From Candidatus Zipacnadia bacterium (GTDB lineage: Bacteria > Armatimonadota > Zipacnadia > Zipacnadales > UBA5352): DNA of 51,392 bases. The stretch lies in assembly GCA_029821265.1 (NCBI GenBank), contig JALGTR010000012.1, positions 1-51,392 of the forward strand, read 5' to 3'. A program made the translations under genes and the position numbers. A model generated the notes under the pieces. It was not told the DNA's origin. It saw only the letters and a list, made by a program, of their open reading frames with translations, and made no database searches. Below are positions 1-8,591 of this stretch, piece by piece (positions within the stretch are counted from its first letter, which is position 1; each line of letters starts with the position of its first letter).

Positions 1-872
1 ACCGGGAGGCCCTTCTCCTGCACGAACTCGATCAGCTCCGGGTCATCGCCAATATAATCGTAGATCGCGTCATAGGCGAGCACCGCATCCTCGGTGCAGA
101 AGGTCTCCCAGATCAGGTCCGTGATCATCCCCCCTCCCTTCCACTCGTAATGCGGATGGCGGCCACCGTAGGGCGCGGCCCAGAGGCGGTCCTTGCGGTC
201 ATCGTGATTCGGGTATTCGGATGCGAGCCTCGCGAGCAGGATTCCGCACTTGTGCGCGTACTTCTCGTCTCCGGTCAACAGCCACGCGCGCGACAGCGCG
301 TTGAGCGTGGGGATCGTGATCGCGGTGTAGCACGCTGCGGCGTACTCGCGGATGAAGTAAAAGCGCCGACCGTCGGGCGCGAGGTAGCCGGAGCCATCAT
401 CGGGGTAGTCGCCCGAGGTCATGTCCCCGGCGGCGTAATCGTTGCTCGGGTACCACTCACCGCCCATCATGCACTGAATCTTGTACGGATGGTTGATCGG
501 GTCGAGTCGCCACGGGTGCCAGGCGTTGTACTTGCGGACCTCACGCCCGTGCACGGGGCATTCCGCGATCGTCTCGTGAGGGAAGATGCGCGGAATGGTG
601 GTGGGCGGCTGAAGCTCCCACATGAACTCATCGGACTGTGCAACGTAATCCTCTGCCGAGGTGTACTTGTGGCCGATCACGTAGCTGCGCGGGTCGCCCT
701 CGAGGATCCGTCGCAGCTCCTCCTGCGCCCACTCGTACCGTTCGACGTTCTCCCGGGCGGTGGCGATCCGCTCGGGGGTGTAAAAGGTCGGTGAGTCCTT
801 GGCAGCGGCCGGTGTCATGGCGGTCACCACGAGTGCGGTCATCAGCGCGGGTGCGATCATGCGTGCCAGCAT
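1..872 (-). CDS. heparinase II/III-like exported protein, N-terminal part (gene runs off the left edge)
   Basis: The minus-strand frame is open from ATG 872 (GGAGG 6 nt upstream) to position 1. It is absent from the ORF track because no stop lies in the window. MLARMIAPALMTALVVTAMTPAAA looks like a signal peptide. ...ECPVHGREVRKYNAWHPWRLDPINHPYK...YAHKCGILLARLASEYPNHD resembles the N-terminal alginate-lyase-like domain of heparinase II/III proteins and the paralogs at 12027 and 14849. Confidence 0.6.
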   Translation of the reverse strand, partial: MLARMIAPALMTALVVTAMTPAAAKDSPTFYTPERIATARENVERYEWAQEELRRILEGDPRSYVIGHKYTSAEDYVAQSDEFMWELQPPTTIPRIFPHETIAECPVHGREVRKYNAWHPWRLDPINHPYKIQCMMGGEWYPSNDYAAGDMTSGDYPDDGSGYLAPDGRRFYFIREYAAACYTAITIPTLNALSRAWLLTGDEKYAHKCGILLARLASEYPNHDDRKDRLWAAPYGGRHPHYEWKGGGMITDLIWETFCTEDAVLAYDAIYDYIGDDPELIEFVQEKGLP

Positions 873-926
873 AGGCTTCCTCCGGCGGCACTCCGTGTGT
901 TGAACACGGCTCTGGAACTCAGGTCG

Positions 927-2108
927 TCACATCGCCGCCTCGTAGACCGCGATGACGTCCTCGCGCGACATCTCCCGCGGGTTGACCTGCACGTGCGCGG
1001 AAGACATCGCGTCCTCGGCCATTCGCTCGATCGCGTCCTCTTCCACGCCGACCTCGCTCATCGTCGTCGGCGCGCCCACCTGCACCGCGAGCTTCTCAAC
1101 CGCGGAGGGCGCGAGGTTCGCGGCCTCTTCCGTGGAGATGCCGTCGATGTCCTCGCCCAACAGCTCCGCGATCTTCGCGAACGCCTCCGGATCCGCGGGA
1201 CAGTTGAAGCGCATTCCGTGCGGCAGCAGGATCGCGTTGGCGATGCCGTGCGGGACGCCGAACAGCGCCGAAAGCGGCAGCGCCATGGCGTGTACGATCC
1301 CCAGCCGGGTCTGCGCGAACGAGAGGCTCGCGACCATCGCCGCCCGCTGCATCCGCGCCTGCGCCTGCATATCCCCGGCATCCTCCGCCACCCGCGGGAG
1401 ATACTCCGCGACGAGCCCGATGCACTCGGCCGCCCACTTGCGCGTGCTCCGATCAGCCCGCGTGCTGACGTAGGACTCCACCGCGTGCGTGAGCGCGTCC
1501 AGCCCGGCCGCAACACGCACGTGCTTCGGCGCAGAGGTCAGCAGCGCAGGATCCAGCACCGCGCAGCGGGGGTAGAGCCTCTCGTGGTTGAGCACCAGCT
1601 TGCGCTCGGTCCCGGTGAAGGTGATCACCGAGAACGGGTTCACCTCCGAGCCGGTGCCCGCCGTGGTGGGTACGCAGACGATCGGCAGCACGTCATGCTC
1701 GATCTCCGTCGGCTCCCCGGGCCTGTCCTGCGCGTTGATCCAGCCCTCAGCGCCGATCTCCGCCGCGATGGCCTTGGCGCAGTCCATGCTCGAGCCGCCG
1801 CCGATGCCGATGACCGCCTCGGCGCCGAACTCCCGACCCATGCGCCCGCCCTCGAGCACGTTCTCGTCGGTCGGATCCGGCTCGGCGCCGGAGAAGACCT
1901 CGATCTCGATGCAGCCCTCGCAGGCTTCCGTGAACTCCTTCACCTCCGGGAGCTTCACGACGTTCTCACCGCAGACGACTAGCGCCTTCCCGATGCCCAT
2001 GCCGGCCAGGCAGGCTCTGCTGCTGCCAAGCGCCCCGTGCCCGGAGACCACGCGCGTTGGTGTTTCGTCAAAGCACTCGGTGTGGACGGTATCGCTCACA
2101 GTCAACAC
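927..2108 (-). CDS. iron-containing (group III) alcohol dehydrogenase
   Basis: 393-aa ORF. It has the GGGSSMDCAKAIA glycine motif and HAMALPLSALFGVPHGIANAILLPH metal-binding histidines typical of Fe-ADH. The overlapping + strand ORFs are Arg/Ala-rich antisense artefacts. Confidence 0.9.
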   Translation of the reverse strand: MLTVSDTVHTECFDETPTRVVSGHGALGSSRACLAGMGIGKALVVCGENVVKLPEVKEFTEACEGCIEIEVFSGAEPDPTDENVLEGGRMGREFGAEAVIGIGGGSSMDCAKAIAAEIGAEGWINAQDRPGEPTEIEHDVLPIVCVPTTAGTGSEVNPFSVITFTGTERKLVLNHERLYPRCAVLDPALLTSAPKHVRVAAGLDALTHAVESYVSTRADRSTRKWAAECIGLVAEYLPRVAEDAGDMQAQARMQRAAMVASLSFAQTRLGIVHAMALPLSALFGVPHGIANAILLPHGMRFNCPADPEAFAKIAELLGEDIDGISTEEAANLAPSAVEKLAVQVGAPTTMSEVGVEEDAIERMAEDAMSSAHVQVNPREMSREDVIAVYEAAM

Positions 2109-2366
2109 TCCTCGCCGGGGTAGCGCCCGGCACAGATCGCTGCATGCGCGAACGTCGTGTCGCCGCCATTATATCGCGGCGCCGGCGGAACTCACAAGGC
2201 TGCACGCCGCCCCCTCGCACGCGTCCCATTTCGCGAAGCCCACCCGCGAATCCCCCCGTCCAATGCGATTCGCCTCCCGCGCGCGGTCAATCCCCGGCAA
2301 TCGGCGAAGGAGACTCACCGTCCGGGCGGGAAGCGTGAGCACACACAGGCGCGGGAGTGGTCGCAG

Positions 2367-3623
2367 GTGCTGGCGCGAATCTCGCACGGGTTGCGGTCGA
2401 TCGAAGGCTGGCGGCGCTGGATGCTCATCGCCGCGCTCATCGCCGTGCTCGGCGTGCCGCACTACCGGCTGATCCCCTGGTTCGACCCCATCACGCGCAA
2501 AAGCGACCTCGACGGGCTGATGAAGCTGCGCGGCATTCAGCACGATCCCTCCGTCAGCGCGATGCTCGGCTACTGGACCGGCGATGACCCCCAGCGCGTC
2601 CACACATTTCGCCCGCTCCCTGCCACAATCCTGTGGGCCGAGTTCCACCTCTGGGGCTGGGATCGCTTCCCGTACATGGTTACCAACATGCTCTGGTTCA
2701 TCGCGACCGCCCTGTCGCTGGTGTGGCTGTGCCGGATCATCCGGATGCCGTGGATGGCCGCGGTTGGCGCCGGCGGGCTGCTGATGCTACTGCCCACACG
2801 CGGATCGCTCGGTGCGCTGAGGCTGGTCGCCACCCTGCACGATCTTACCTGCACACTCTTTGCGCTGATCGCATTCGGCCTCCTGATCCGATACCTTCGC
2901 GACGGGAGGCGCAGCTCGCTGCTCGCGGCGTCTCTGCTGATGCTCGGGGCGTACCTCTCCAAAGAGATGGCACTCACGCTCGTGCCACTGACCGTCGTCA
3001 TCGCCATCGTGTACCGCCGCGAGGCCCCTCTGCGCCGCCAGCTCTCCGCCATCGGCGCCGCCGTGGCCGTCGGCCTGCTGTGGTTCGGGTGGTATCAGCT
3101 CGCACAGGCGAACATGCAGAGCGTCAACCCGCCCGAACACAGCTTCGCCGGATTGACGGGCCTGCTCGCGATGCGATGGCGCAGCAGCCTCTGGCTGCTG
3201 CTGGGGCTCGTCGCCCGGCCGATAGCCGCGCTCGCCTCCCGCCTCGAGGCGGCCGTGCATGTCCGGGCGGGAGCGCTCATGCTCTTTGACTACGAGTTCC
3301 TCGAACCACTCGGCCTGTCAGTGCTCTTCGTGATCGCCTTCTGGCTGCTGTGGGTCGAGAAACGCCGCTGGCTGGCGGTCCTGTATGCCTGGAAGCTGTG
3401 CACGTACATCCCGATAATCCCGCTCGTAGACACGTTTCCATGGTACGAGTACATGCCGCATGCGCTCGATCCGATCCTGCCCGCCGGAGCCATCGTCGTG
3501 GGCTGGCATCGCTGGTCGGTCGCCGAGCGCGCGAAGGCCCTATGGCGCAACTTCAGATGGTCATTCGCCGACGTCAATCAGCAATCAACGCAAAGCAGTA
3601 CGACAGACAGGGAGGCCCGATGA
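2367..3623 (+). CDS. polytopic membrane protein, possible GT-C (PMT/ArnT/TMTC-like) glycosyltransferase
   Basis: The track ORF is 2157-3623. I placed the start at GTG 2367 (GGGAG 9 nt upstream); ATG 2421 is the alternative. It has many hydrophobic helices. The FRPLPATILWAEFHLWGW segment after the first helix resembles GT-C glycosyltransferases. The function rests on weak motif resemblance only. Confidence 0.55.
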   Translation: MLARISHGLRSIEGWRRWMLIAALIAVLGVPHYRLIPWFDPITRKSDLDGLMKLRGIQHDPSVSAMLGYWTGDDPQRVHTFRPLPATILWAEFHLWGWDRFPYMVTNMLWFIATALSLVWLCRIIRMPWMAAVGAGGLLMLLPTRGSLGALRLVATLHDLTCTLFALIAFGLLIRYLRDGRRSSLLAASLLMLGAYLSKEMALTLVPLTVVIAIVYRREAPLRRQLSAIGAAVAVGLLWFGWYQLAQANMQSVNPPEHSFAGLTGLLAMRWRSSLWLLLGLVARPIAALASRLEAAVHVRAGALMLFDYEFLEPLGLSVLFVIAFWLLWVEKRRWLAVLYAWKLCTYIPIIPLVDTFPWYEYMPHALDPILPAGAIVVGWHRWSVAERAKALWRNFRWSFADVNQQSTQSSTTDREAR

Positions 3624-4624
3624 TGGAGAAGATCCGCCCACTTCGCGAGGAGGAATACGACGAGCACGCCGAGCTCGTCTACGTCTCGTACAGCCACGAA
3701 CGCGATCTGCAGCCGGGGGAGATGCTCGCCCATCGCGACTGGTGGATCACCGGCATCGAGCGCGACCCCTACTACGAGCCGGAGCAGACGCGAGTGCTGG
3801 AGATCGACGGCAGGCTCGTCGCCAGCGTCACCTGCTTCTACCGCCCGAGCTACGTCGGCGGAGAGGTCGTCGATGCCGGCTGCATCGGCAGTGTGTGCAC
3901 GCACCCCGACCACCGGCAGAAGGGCTACGTCCGGCGACTGCTCGCCGAGGCTGTGGAGTGGATGACCGCGCAGGGATGGCAGTGGTCGTTCCTGTACGGC
4001 CGCGAGGAGATCTATGGCGGCAGCGGCTGGCAGATGCTCGCCTCATACGATGTCATCGCCGACCTGCGCCCGAGCTGCGAGCTCGGGCAGGGCATCATGG
4101 ACCGCCGCGCCAATCCCGAGCGCGACATCGGCGTGCTATGCGACATCTACGACAGCTTCTGCAGCGAGCTGACCGGTCCGACGGTGCGGAGCGAGGAGTA
4201 CTGGCGTCAACGTGTGCTGGCCTCCACGCCGTGGGCGGGGGCGCCCCAGTACCGGATCGTGGAACGCAACGGGACGCCGCTGGGATACTATAACATGGAG
4301 GGCACCCGCGTTCGGGAGCTGGCCTGGGTGCAGGACGCGCAGGATCTCCTCGCGCACATCATCCGACGCGCCGGCGGCCAGCCGGTACGCATCACCGGAC
4401 GACTGCCGATGCTCGAGGACCTGCTGCGTAACGTGGCCGAGATGCCCTCACAGGCTGAATGCTTCGACCGCCCGGGCGGCCTCGAGCTGCGGGAGACCTA
4501 TCGCGGACTCTGGCGGCTCCACCCGGTGCGCAATCCGATCGTCAGAGGCCTGACGAATACGCACGACCTGACCCGCTTTCTCCGCGAGCGGGATTACGTG
4601 ATGTGGCCGGCTGATCGGGCCTGA
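3620..4624 (+). CDS. GNAT family N-acetyltransferase, Eis-like two-domain type
   Basis: ATG 3620 overlaps the upstream stop (ATGA at 3620-3623), with GGGAGG 4 nt upstream. 334 aa. It carries the acetyl-CoA binding motif VCTHPDHRQKGYVRRLLAEA. The length and C-terminal extension fit Eis-type GNATs. The longer track ORF (3350-) is an upstream over-extension. Confidence 0.8.
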   Translation: MMEKIRPLREEEYDEHAELVYVSYSHERDLQPGEMLAHRDWWITGIERDPYYEPEQTRVLEIDGRLVASVTCFYRPSYVGGEVVDAGCIGSVCTHPDHRQKGYVRRLLAEAVEWMTAQGWQWSFLYGREEIYGGSGWQMLASYDVIADLRPSCELGQGIMDRRANPERDIGVLCDIYDSFCSELTGPTVRSEEYWRQRVLASTPWAGAPQYRIVERNGTPLGYYNMEGTRVRELAWVQDAQDLLAHIIRRAGGQPVRITGRLPMLEDLLRNVAEMPSQAECFDRPGGLELRETYRGLWRLHPVRNPIVRGLTNTHDLTRFLRERDYVMWPADRA

Positions 4625-4775
4625 ATCCACCGGGCATGCAGAGAACCCACAGGAACAGAAATCGCCGGAGAGCGCCAGAATCAGTGAGAGCAACGAATCC
4701 GCGGATTGTTGAGAAAAAATGTGGAAAACTTTCTCCCCCGCTTGAACCCTTTTGGGCCCTACTACGTCTTATAGT

Positions 4776-5074
4776 ATGCGAGGGCGGAAACAAGGCTTGC
4801 GACGATAGCGACGGCTGTGTGATCCACGCGAAGGTTCCAACCCTCCCTCCTTCACGTGACAGGCCTCCGCCCTCGCAGATCATTCCTTCCAGACGGTCGC
4901 TTCCTGTCCGACCCGACCTTCAGTAGCAGGCTGTTTGTCCGAATACTCGTTCATACACGCCGGTCCGTGCGCATGCGGGGCGAATGGCTCATACGTTTGT
5001 CTCGTGTCCGCCCCTCATCAGTGCGACCATGGACAAAGCAGGGCCCGCTTCCCGGAGCGGGCCCTGCTGGCTTT
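4776..5074 (+). ncRNA. candidate small RNA / structured leader (family not recognised)
   Basis: A 550-nt gap with no credible ORF. A local AT-rich dip holds a TATAGT -10-like hexamer (4770-4775). A 10-bp long-range helix pairs GCGAGGGCGG (4778-4787) with CCGCCCTCGC (4867-4876) and encloses a hairpin whose loop exposes CCCTCCCTCC (4841-4850). The stretch ends in the perfect 11-bp hairpin CAGGGCCCGCT/AGCGGGCCCTG (5039-5066) followed by CTGGCTTT. Confidence 0.3.
5039..5066 (+). terminator. GC-rich hairpin (11-bp stem, 6-nt loop), putative intrinsic terminator
   Basis: CAGGGCCCGCT-TCCCGG-AGCGGGCCCTG followed by CTGGCTTTAA. The U tract is weak. Confidence 0.4.
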
Positions 5075-5176
5075 AAGGCCTCGGCCCGCGTCACGACCAC
5101 GGCACGCAGGGGGAGACCGCTGCAGGAGCGAAAGGACCATCCGCGCCGAGCACCACAGCCAACGGGAGACCAGTCC

Positions 5177-6196
5177 ATGCGCCTGCGCGACGTCGGAGAG
5201 TTTGGGTTCATCGATCGCATCGCTGCGATGGTCGGCGAGGATTCCCGCGTCGTCCTCGGCATAGGCGATGATGCCGCGCTGCTCGACCTCGGCGGGCCGG
5301 AGCTTGTCGCTGTCACCACGGATGCGATGCTCGAGCATCAGCACTTCGACCTCACCTGGCTCGAGCCGGGCGAGGTCGGCTGGCGCGCGGCATCGGGAGC
5401 GCTCAGCGACCTCGCGGCGATGGGCGCTACACCCGTTTCGGTCTTCTGTACCGTGGGCCTGCCGCCGTTCTGGCTGGTCGAGGCCGCCGAGGCGCTGCTT
5501 CGAGGCGTGGCCGAGGCCGCGCGGGCCGTTGACGCCACCCTCACGGGCGGCGACGTAATCGCCGCCGAGAACGCCCTCGTGGACATCATGGCCCTCGGCC
5601 TCGTGCCCGACGGCCAACAGCTCACGCGCGGCGGAGCCCGGCCGGGCAACCTGCTGGCCGTCACCGGTAGCCTCGGCGCCCCGGCCGCGGCCGTCCAGGC
5701 CCTGAGCGAGTGGGGTCACGACGCGCTCGACCATGACCCTCGCCGGGCGCCGATCCGCGCGCGCTTCGCCCACCCCGAGCCCCGCGTGGCGGCGGGTCGG
5801 GCGATCGCGCTCTCCGGGCTCGCCACCGCCGCGATCGATATCAGCGACGGCATCATCCAGGACGCGGGGCATATTGCCGAACGCAGTGGCGTTCGCTGCA
5901 TCATCGAGGCCCCGCGCATTCCGGTCGCCGAAGGCGTCAGGGCGATCGCCGAGGAGCTTGGGACCGATCCGCTGCCGTGGATCCTCGCGGGCGGCGAGGA
6001 GTTCGAGCTGCTGCTCGCCATCGAACCCAACAGTGCCGAGGCGCTTGCGTCACTTGAGGAGGTCGCGGCGATCGGCCTCACCGTCATCGGCCGCGTCGAG
6101 GCGGGCGAGGGCGTGGTGGCGGTTGATGACTCAGGCCAGGTAATCGATCTTCCGACCGGCGGCTGGGATCACTTCTGGCGCCATCCGCGTTCGTAG
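5177..6196 (+). CDS. thiL: thiamine-monophosphate kinase
   Basis: ATG 5177 (GGGAG 8 nt upstream) lies inside the longer track ORF 4856-6196. MRLRDVGEFGFIDRIAAM...LGIGDDAALLDL...VAVTTDAMLEHQHF is the ThiL-type N-terminus of the PurM superfamily. 339 aa. Confidence 0.85.
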   Translation: MRLRDVGEFGFIDRIAAMVGEDSRVVLGIGDDAALLDLGGPELVAVTTDAMLEHQHFDLTWLEPGEVGWRAASGALSDLAAMGATPVSVFCTVGLPPFWLVEAAEALLRGVAEAARAVDATLTGGDVIAAENALVDIMALGLVPDGQQLTRGGARPGNLLAVTGSLGAPAAAVQALSEWGHDALDHDPRRAPIRARFAHPEPRVAAGRAIALSGLATAAIDISDGIIQDAGHIAERSGVRCIIEAPRIPVAEGVRAIAEELGTDPLPWILAGGEEFELLLAIEPNSAEALASLEEVAAIGLTVIGRVEAGEGVVAVDDSGQVIDLPTGGWDHFWRHPRS

Positions 6197-6569
6197 CCGT
6201 CCCTGAAGACCTGGCGGCAGGCGCGAAGAAACACTCCTGTGCCGCAGTGCGCCCCCGAACCTGCGTCGCACCGGTCGCCCGCCTCACGCGCCGGGACGCC
6301 AGTAAAATCCCCCTTTTGCATTGGAGCGCGGGCGCGCCCGCCCGCGGTCCTGTGTGCGTAGGCCACGCGCGGACGCAGGTCGCTCCCCACGGCGATGAAG
6401 GCCACACGGCCGCCCCGAACCGCCTCAACTCTTGCCTTCATCTGCCGAATTATGCTACGGTGTCTTATTGCCTGCGGACATTTTGCGTCAAATCGCGCAC
6501 AAAACGCGCACGCCGCGTGCCCGGACGCTCTCGGGCGGCGGCGTGCAGCATCCCGAGTGAGTTGGTTCC

Positions 6570-7211
6570 ATGAAGCTCCGTGACACATCCGCCAGCACCC
6601 GTCGCCACATCGTGATCGCAGTCGTTCTGACGCTCCTGATCGCGATGACCATGACGGCGGCGTTCGGCAGTGAGATCGCACGACTCGCATCCATACACTC
6701 CTGGCTTCCGTGGCCCGACCGGCAGGTTCAGGACCACCCGCTGACGCCGATCATCAGGGGCATCCTGCGCGGCGAGTACGGCGAGCAGCCCGCGTGGAAG
6801 CTCCCCATGCTCGTCAACGGCCTGCGCAAGGAGCCGAAGACCGCCACCATCAGCGCCTACTGCTCACAATGCTGCGATGGCGGCGGCCAGTACACTCGCT
6901 GGGGCTCACCGGTGCGCCGCGGTATCTGCGCCGCAGATCCCGACTACTGGGGCCCCGGCAGCGTCATCTGGGTTGGCCCCCCCGTCAACGAGGTACTGAT
7001 CGTCGAGGACACCGGCGGCGCCATCCAGGGACCGCATCGCTTCGATGTCTGCATGGAGGGCGCGCACGAGATGTGCCGGGAGATCGGCATCAGCGAGACG
7101 ATCTATGTTCCGCTGCACCGCGTCCCGCCGCGCAAGCGCTGGGGCGAGAAGCCCGAGGGCTGGGAGCCGCCCGTATGGTGCACCCCGCCGCAACAGGATG
7201 ACAGCGCCTAA
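6570..7211 (+). CDS. 3D-domain (MltA/RlpA-like double-psi barrel) cell-wall-associated protein
   Basis: 213 aa with an N-terminal hydrophobic anchor (IVIAVVLTLLIAMTMTAAFG). The C-terminal ISAYCSQCCDGGGQYTRWGSPVRRGICAADPDYWGPGSVIWV...VEDTGGAIQGPHRFDV matches the 3D domain pattern. Confidence 0.75.
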   Translation: MKLRDTSASTRRHIVIAVVLTLLIAMTMTAAFGSEIARLASIHSWLPWPDRQVQDHPLTPIIRGILRGEYGEQPAWKLPMLVNGLRKEPKTATISAYCSQCCDGGGQYTRWGSPVRRGICAADPDYWGPGSVIWVGPPVNEVLIVEDTGGAIQGPHRFDVCMEGAHEMCREIGISETIYVPLHRVPPRKRWGEKPEGWEPPVWCTPPQQDDSA

Positions 7212-7238
7212 GCTCCGCACGCTCCGAAGAGCAGTCAC

Positions 7239-7266
7239 GGGGGCCGCCCGACACTGGGCGGCCCCC
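7239..7266 (+). terminator. GC-rich hairpin downstream of the 3D-domain gene
   Basis: GGGGGCCGCCC-GACACT-GGGCGGCCCCC (11-bp stem), 28 nt after the stop. There is no strong U tract. Confidence 0.45.
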
Positions 7267-7349
7267 TCCATCTGAGCGGGGCAGGTCCCTTCGACGCTCA
7301 CGCGCAATCATTCGTCAGGACCCAGGCCGAACTCCAGAGGGTGCTGTCG

Positions 7350-8507
7350 ATGGACGTCCACTGCAAGCCCTGTCTTGACCCGACACGCGTCGCGGGCGAG
7401 CCGATTCCCTACGCCCACCCGGGTCCGGATGGTCGCTATCATATCGTTGCCTCACCGGGCGAGCGCCTGCTCGGTTACCTCGTGGACGAGGCCATCATCG
7501 ACGTCCCTGTGCTGCTCGGCGGCTGGCTGCTGCTCGGCATTGTCGTCCCCGAGCAGCGCGTGGTGCCCATCAAGCTCTTCGCCCTCGCACTTGTCCTCGC
7601 CCGTGCCATCTACCACGCCGCATTCATCGCCGCCATCGGTCGCACGCCGGGGAAGGCCATGCTCGGGATGACGGTCGTTGACGATCGCGGAAAGATCCCC
7701 TCGCGCTCCCAGGCCATCAAGCGGGCGTTCATCGCCGAGTTCTTCCGCCTCTTCCGCACCTGCCTGCTCGGTCTGTTCGACCCGGCGTCGATCTACGAAA
7801 GCCGCGAGCGTCGCACCTGGCATGACAGCAGCGCGAACACATGGGTCATCCGGCACGGAACGCGCGTGGGCAGCCTCCACTCCACCGCCGCCCTGATCAT
7901 CGGTCTGTTCGCCTTCTTCACGCCGATCGTGCTGTCCGCGCAGTATGACGTGCAGAATCCACTCGATCCGTTGATCCTCGAGGTCATGCCGGCGGTCGAT
8001 GACGCGATGTCGCCGACGATCCGACGTGGCGACTTCCTCCTCGTGTCCAGCCGCCTCTACAGCCAGCGCGAGTACCGTCCGCAGCGGGGCGACATCGCCG
8101 AGATCGCCCCGCCGCGCCGCGTCCAGCACGCCGGTCGCTCGCTCTTGCGGATCATCGCCCTGCCGGGGGACCGAGTCGCGATCGTGGACGGCGCCCTTTA
8201 CCGCAACGGGCAGCGCGTCCCCGAGCCCTATCTGAGCGCGCCGAGGCCCTACTCCTTCCCCGGCGATCATCGCCGCATGCTGCTGCCCGACGGCGACGTC
8301 CAGCGCCTCACCGACGGCTGGCTCACCGTACCACCGGGCCACCTCTTCGCGCTGGGCGACAACCCTGAGGCGATGGACAGCCACACATGGACCGCACGAC
8401 GCCGGCCGGGCGAGGTCCTGCCCTGTCCATACGCGCCAGCCCACGCGGCGGGCCCCAGGGCCAGCGCCATCGTCTGGCCTCCATCGCGCATCCGCAGCCT
8501 CGAGTGA
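7350..8507 (+). CDS. RDD-domain membrane protein fused to a signal-peptidase-I (S26)-like domain lacking the Ser/Lys dyad
   Basis: The track ORF starts at GTG 7341; ATG 7350 has AGAGGG 8 nt upstream. The N-terminal half (RLLGYLVDEAIIDVPVLLGG...GRTPGKAMLGMTVVD) is RDD-like. The C-terminal half carries S26 boxes: DDAMSPTI (box B), LLRIIALPGDRV (box D) and GDNPEAMDSHTW (box E). Confidence 0.8.
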   Translation: MDVHCKPCLDPTRVAGEPIPYAHPGPDGRYHIVASPGERLLGYLVDEAIIDVPVLLGGWLLLGIVVPEQRVVPIKLFALALVLARAIYHAAFIAAIGRTPGKAMLGMTVVDDRGKIPSRSQAIKRAFIAEFFRLFRTCLLGLFDPASIYESRERRTWHDSSANTWVIRHGTRVGSLHSTAALIIGLFAFFTPIVLSAQYDVQNPLDPLILEVMPAVDDAMSPTIRRGDFLLVSSRLYSQREYRPQRGDIAEIAPPRRVQHAGRSLLRIIALPGDRVAIVDGALYRNGQRVPEPYLSAPRPYSFPGDHRRMLLPDGDVQRLTDGWLTVPPGHLFALGDNPEAMDSHTWTARRRPGEVLPCPYAPAHAAGPRASAIVWPPSRIRSLE

Positions 8508-8591
8508 CGGATCCGGGCAGCGTGAATGTCATGCCAGGCGACGAACCGAACTCCCGGGCGTCGCGTCTGACGAAGACGAAGGAGAGAAGGC

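Noticed and set aside
4778-4810. tmRNA-like 5' end (GGGCGGAAACAAGGCTTGCGACG resembles GGGGCUGAUUCUGGAUUCGACG)
   Set aside because: There is no T arm, no 3' acceptor strand with CCA and no plausible tag reading frame within 400 nt on either strand.
4890-4935. Possible SRP (4.5S) RNA on the minus strand (AGGTCGGGTCGGACAGGAAGCGACC resembles AGGUCAGGUCCGGAAGGAAGCAGCC)
   Set aside because: The GNRA tetraloop and its closing pairs are not reproduced (GGAC instead of GGAA, no UCC/GGA closure). The flanks do not form the long SRP hairpin.
6169-6441. 90-codon minus-strand ORF (MKARVEAVRGGRVAFIAVGSDLRP...CDAGSGAHCGTG...) in the thiL / 3D-domain gene gap
   Set aside because: It has no Shine-Dalgarno sequence, is Arg-rich, overlaps the thiL 3' end by 28 nt and has no recognisable family. 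It may be real but is not supportable from sequence alone.
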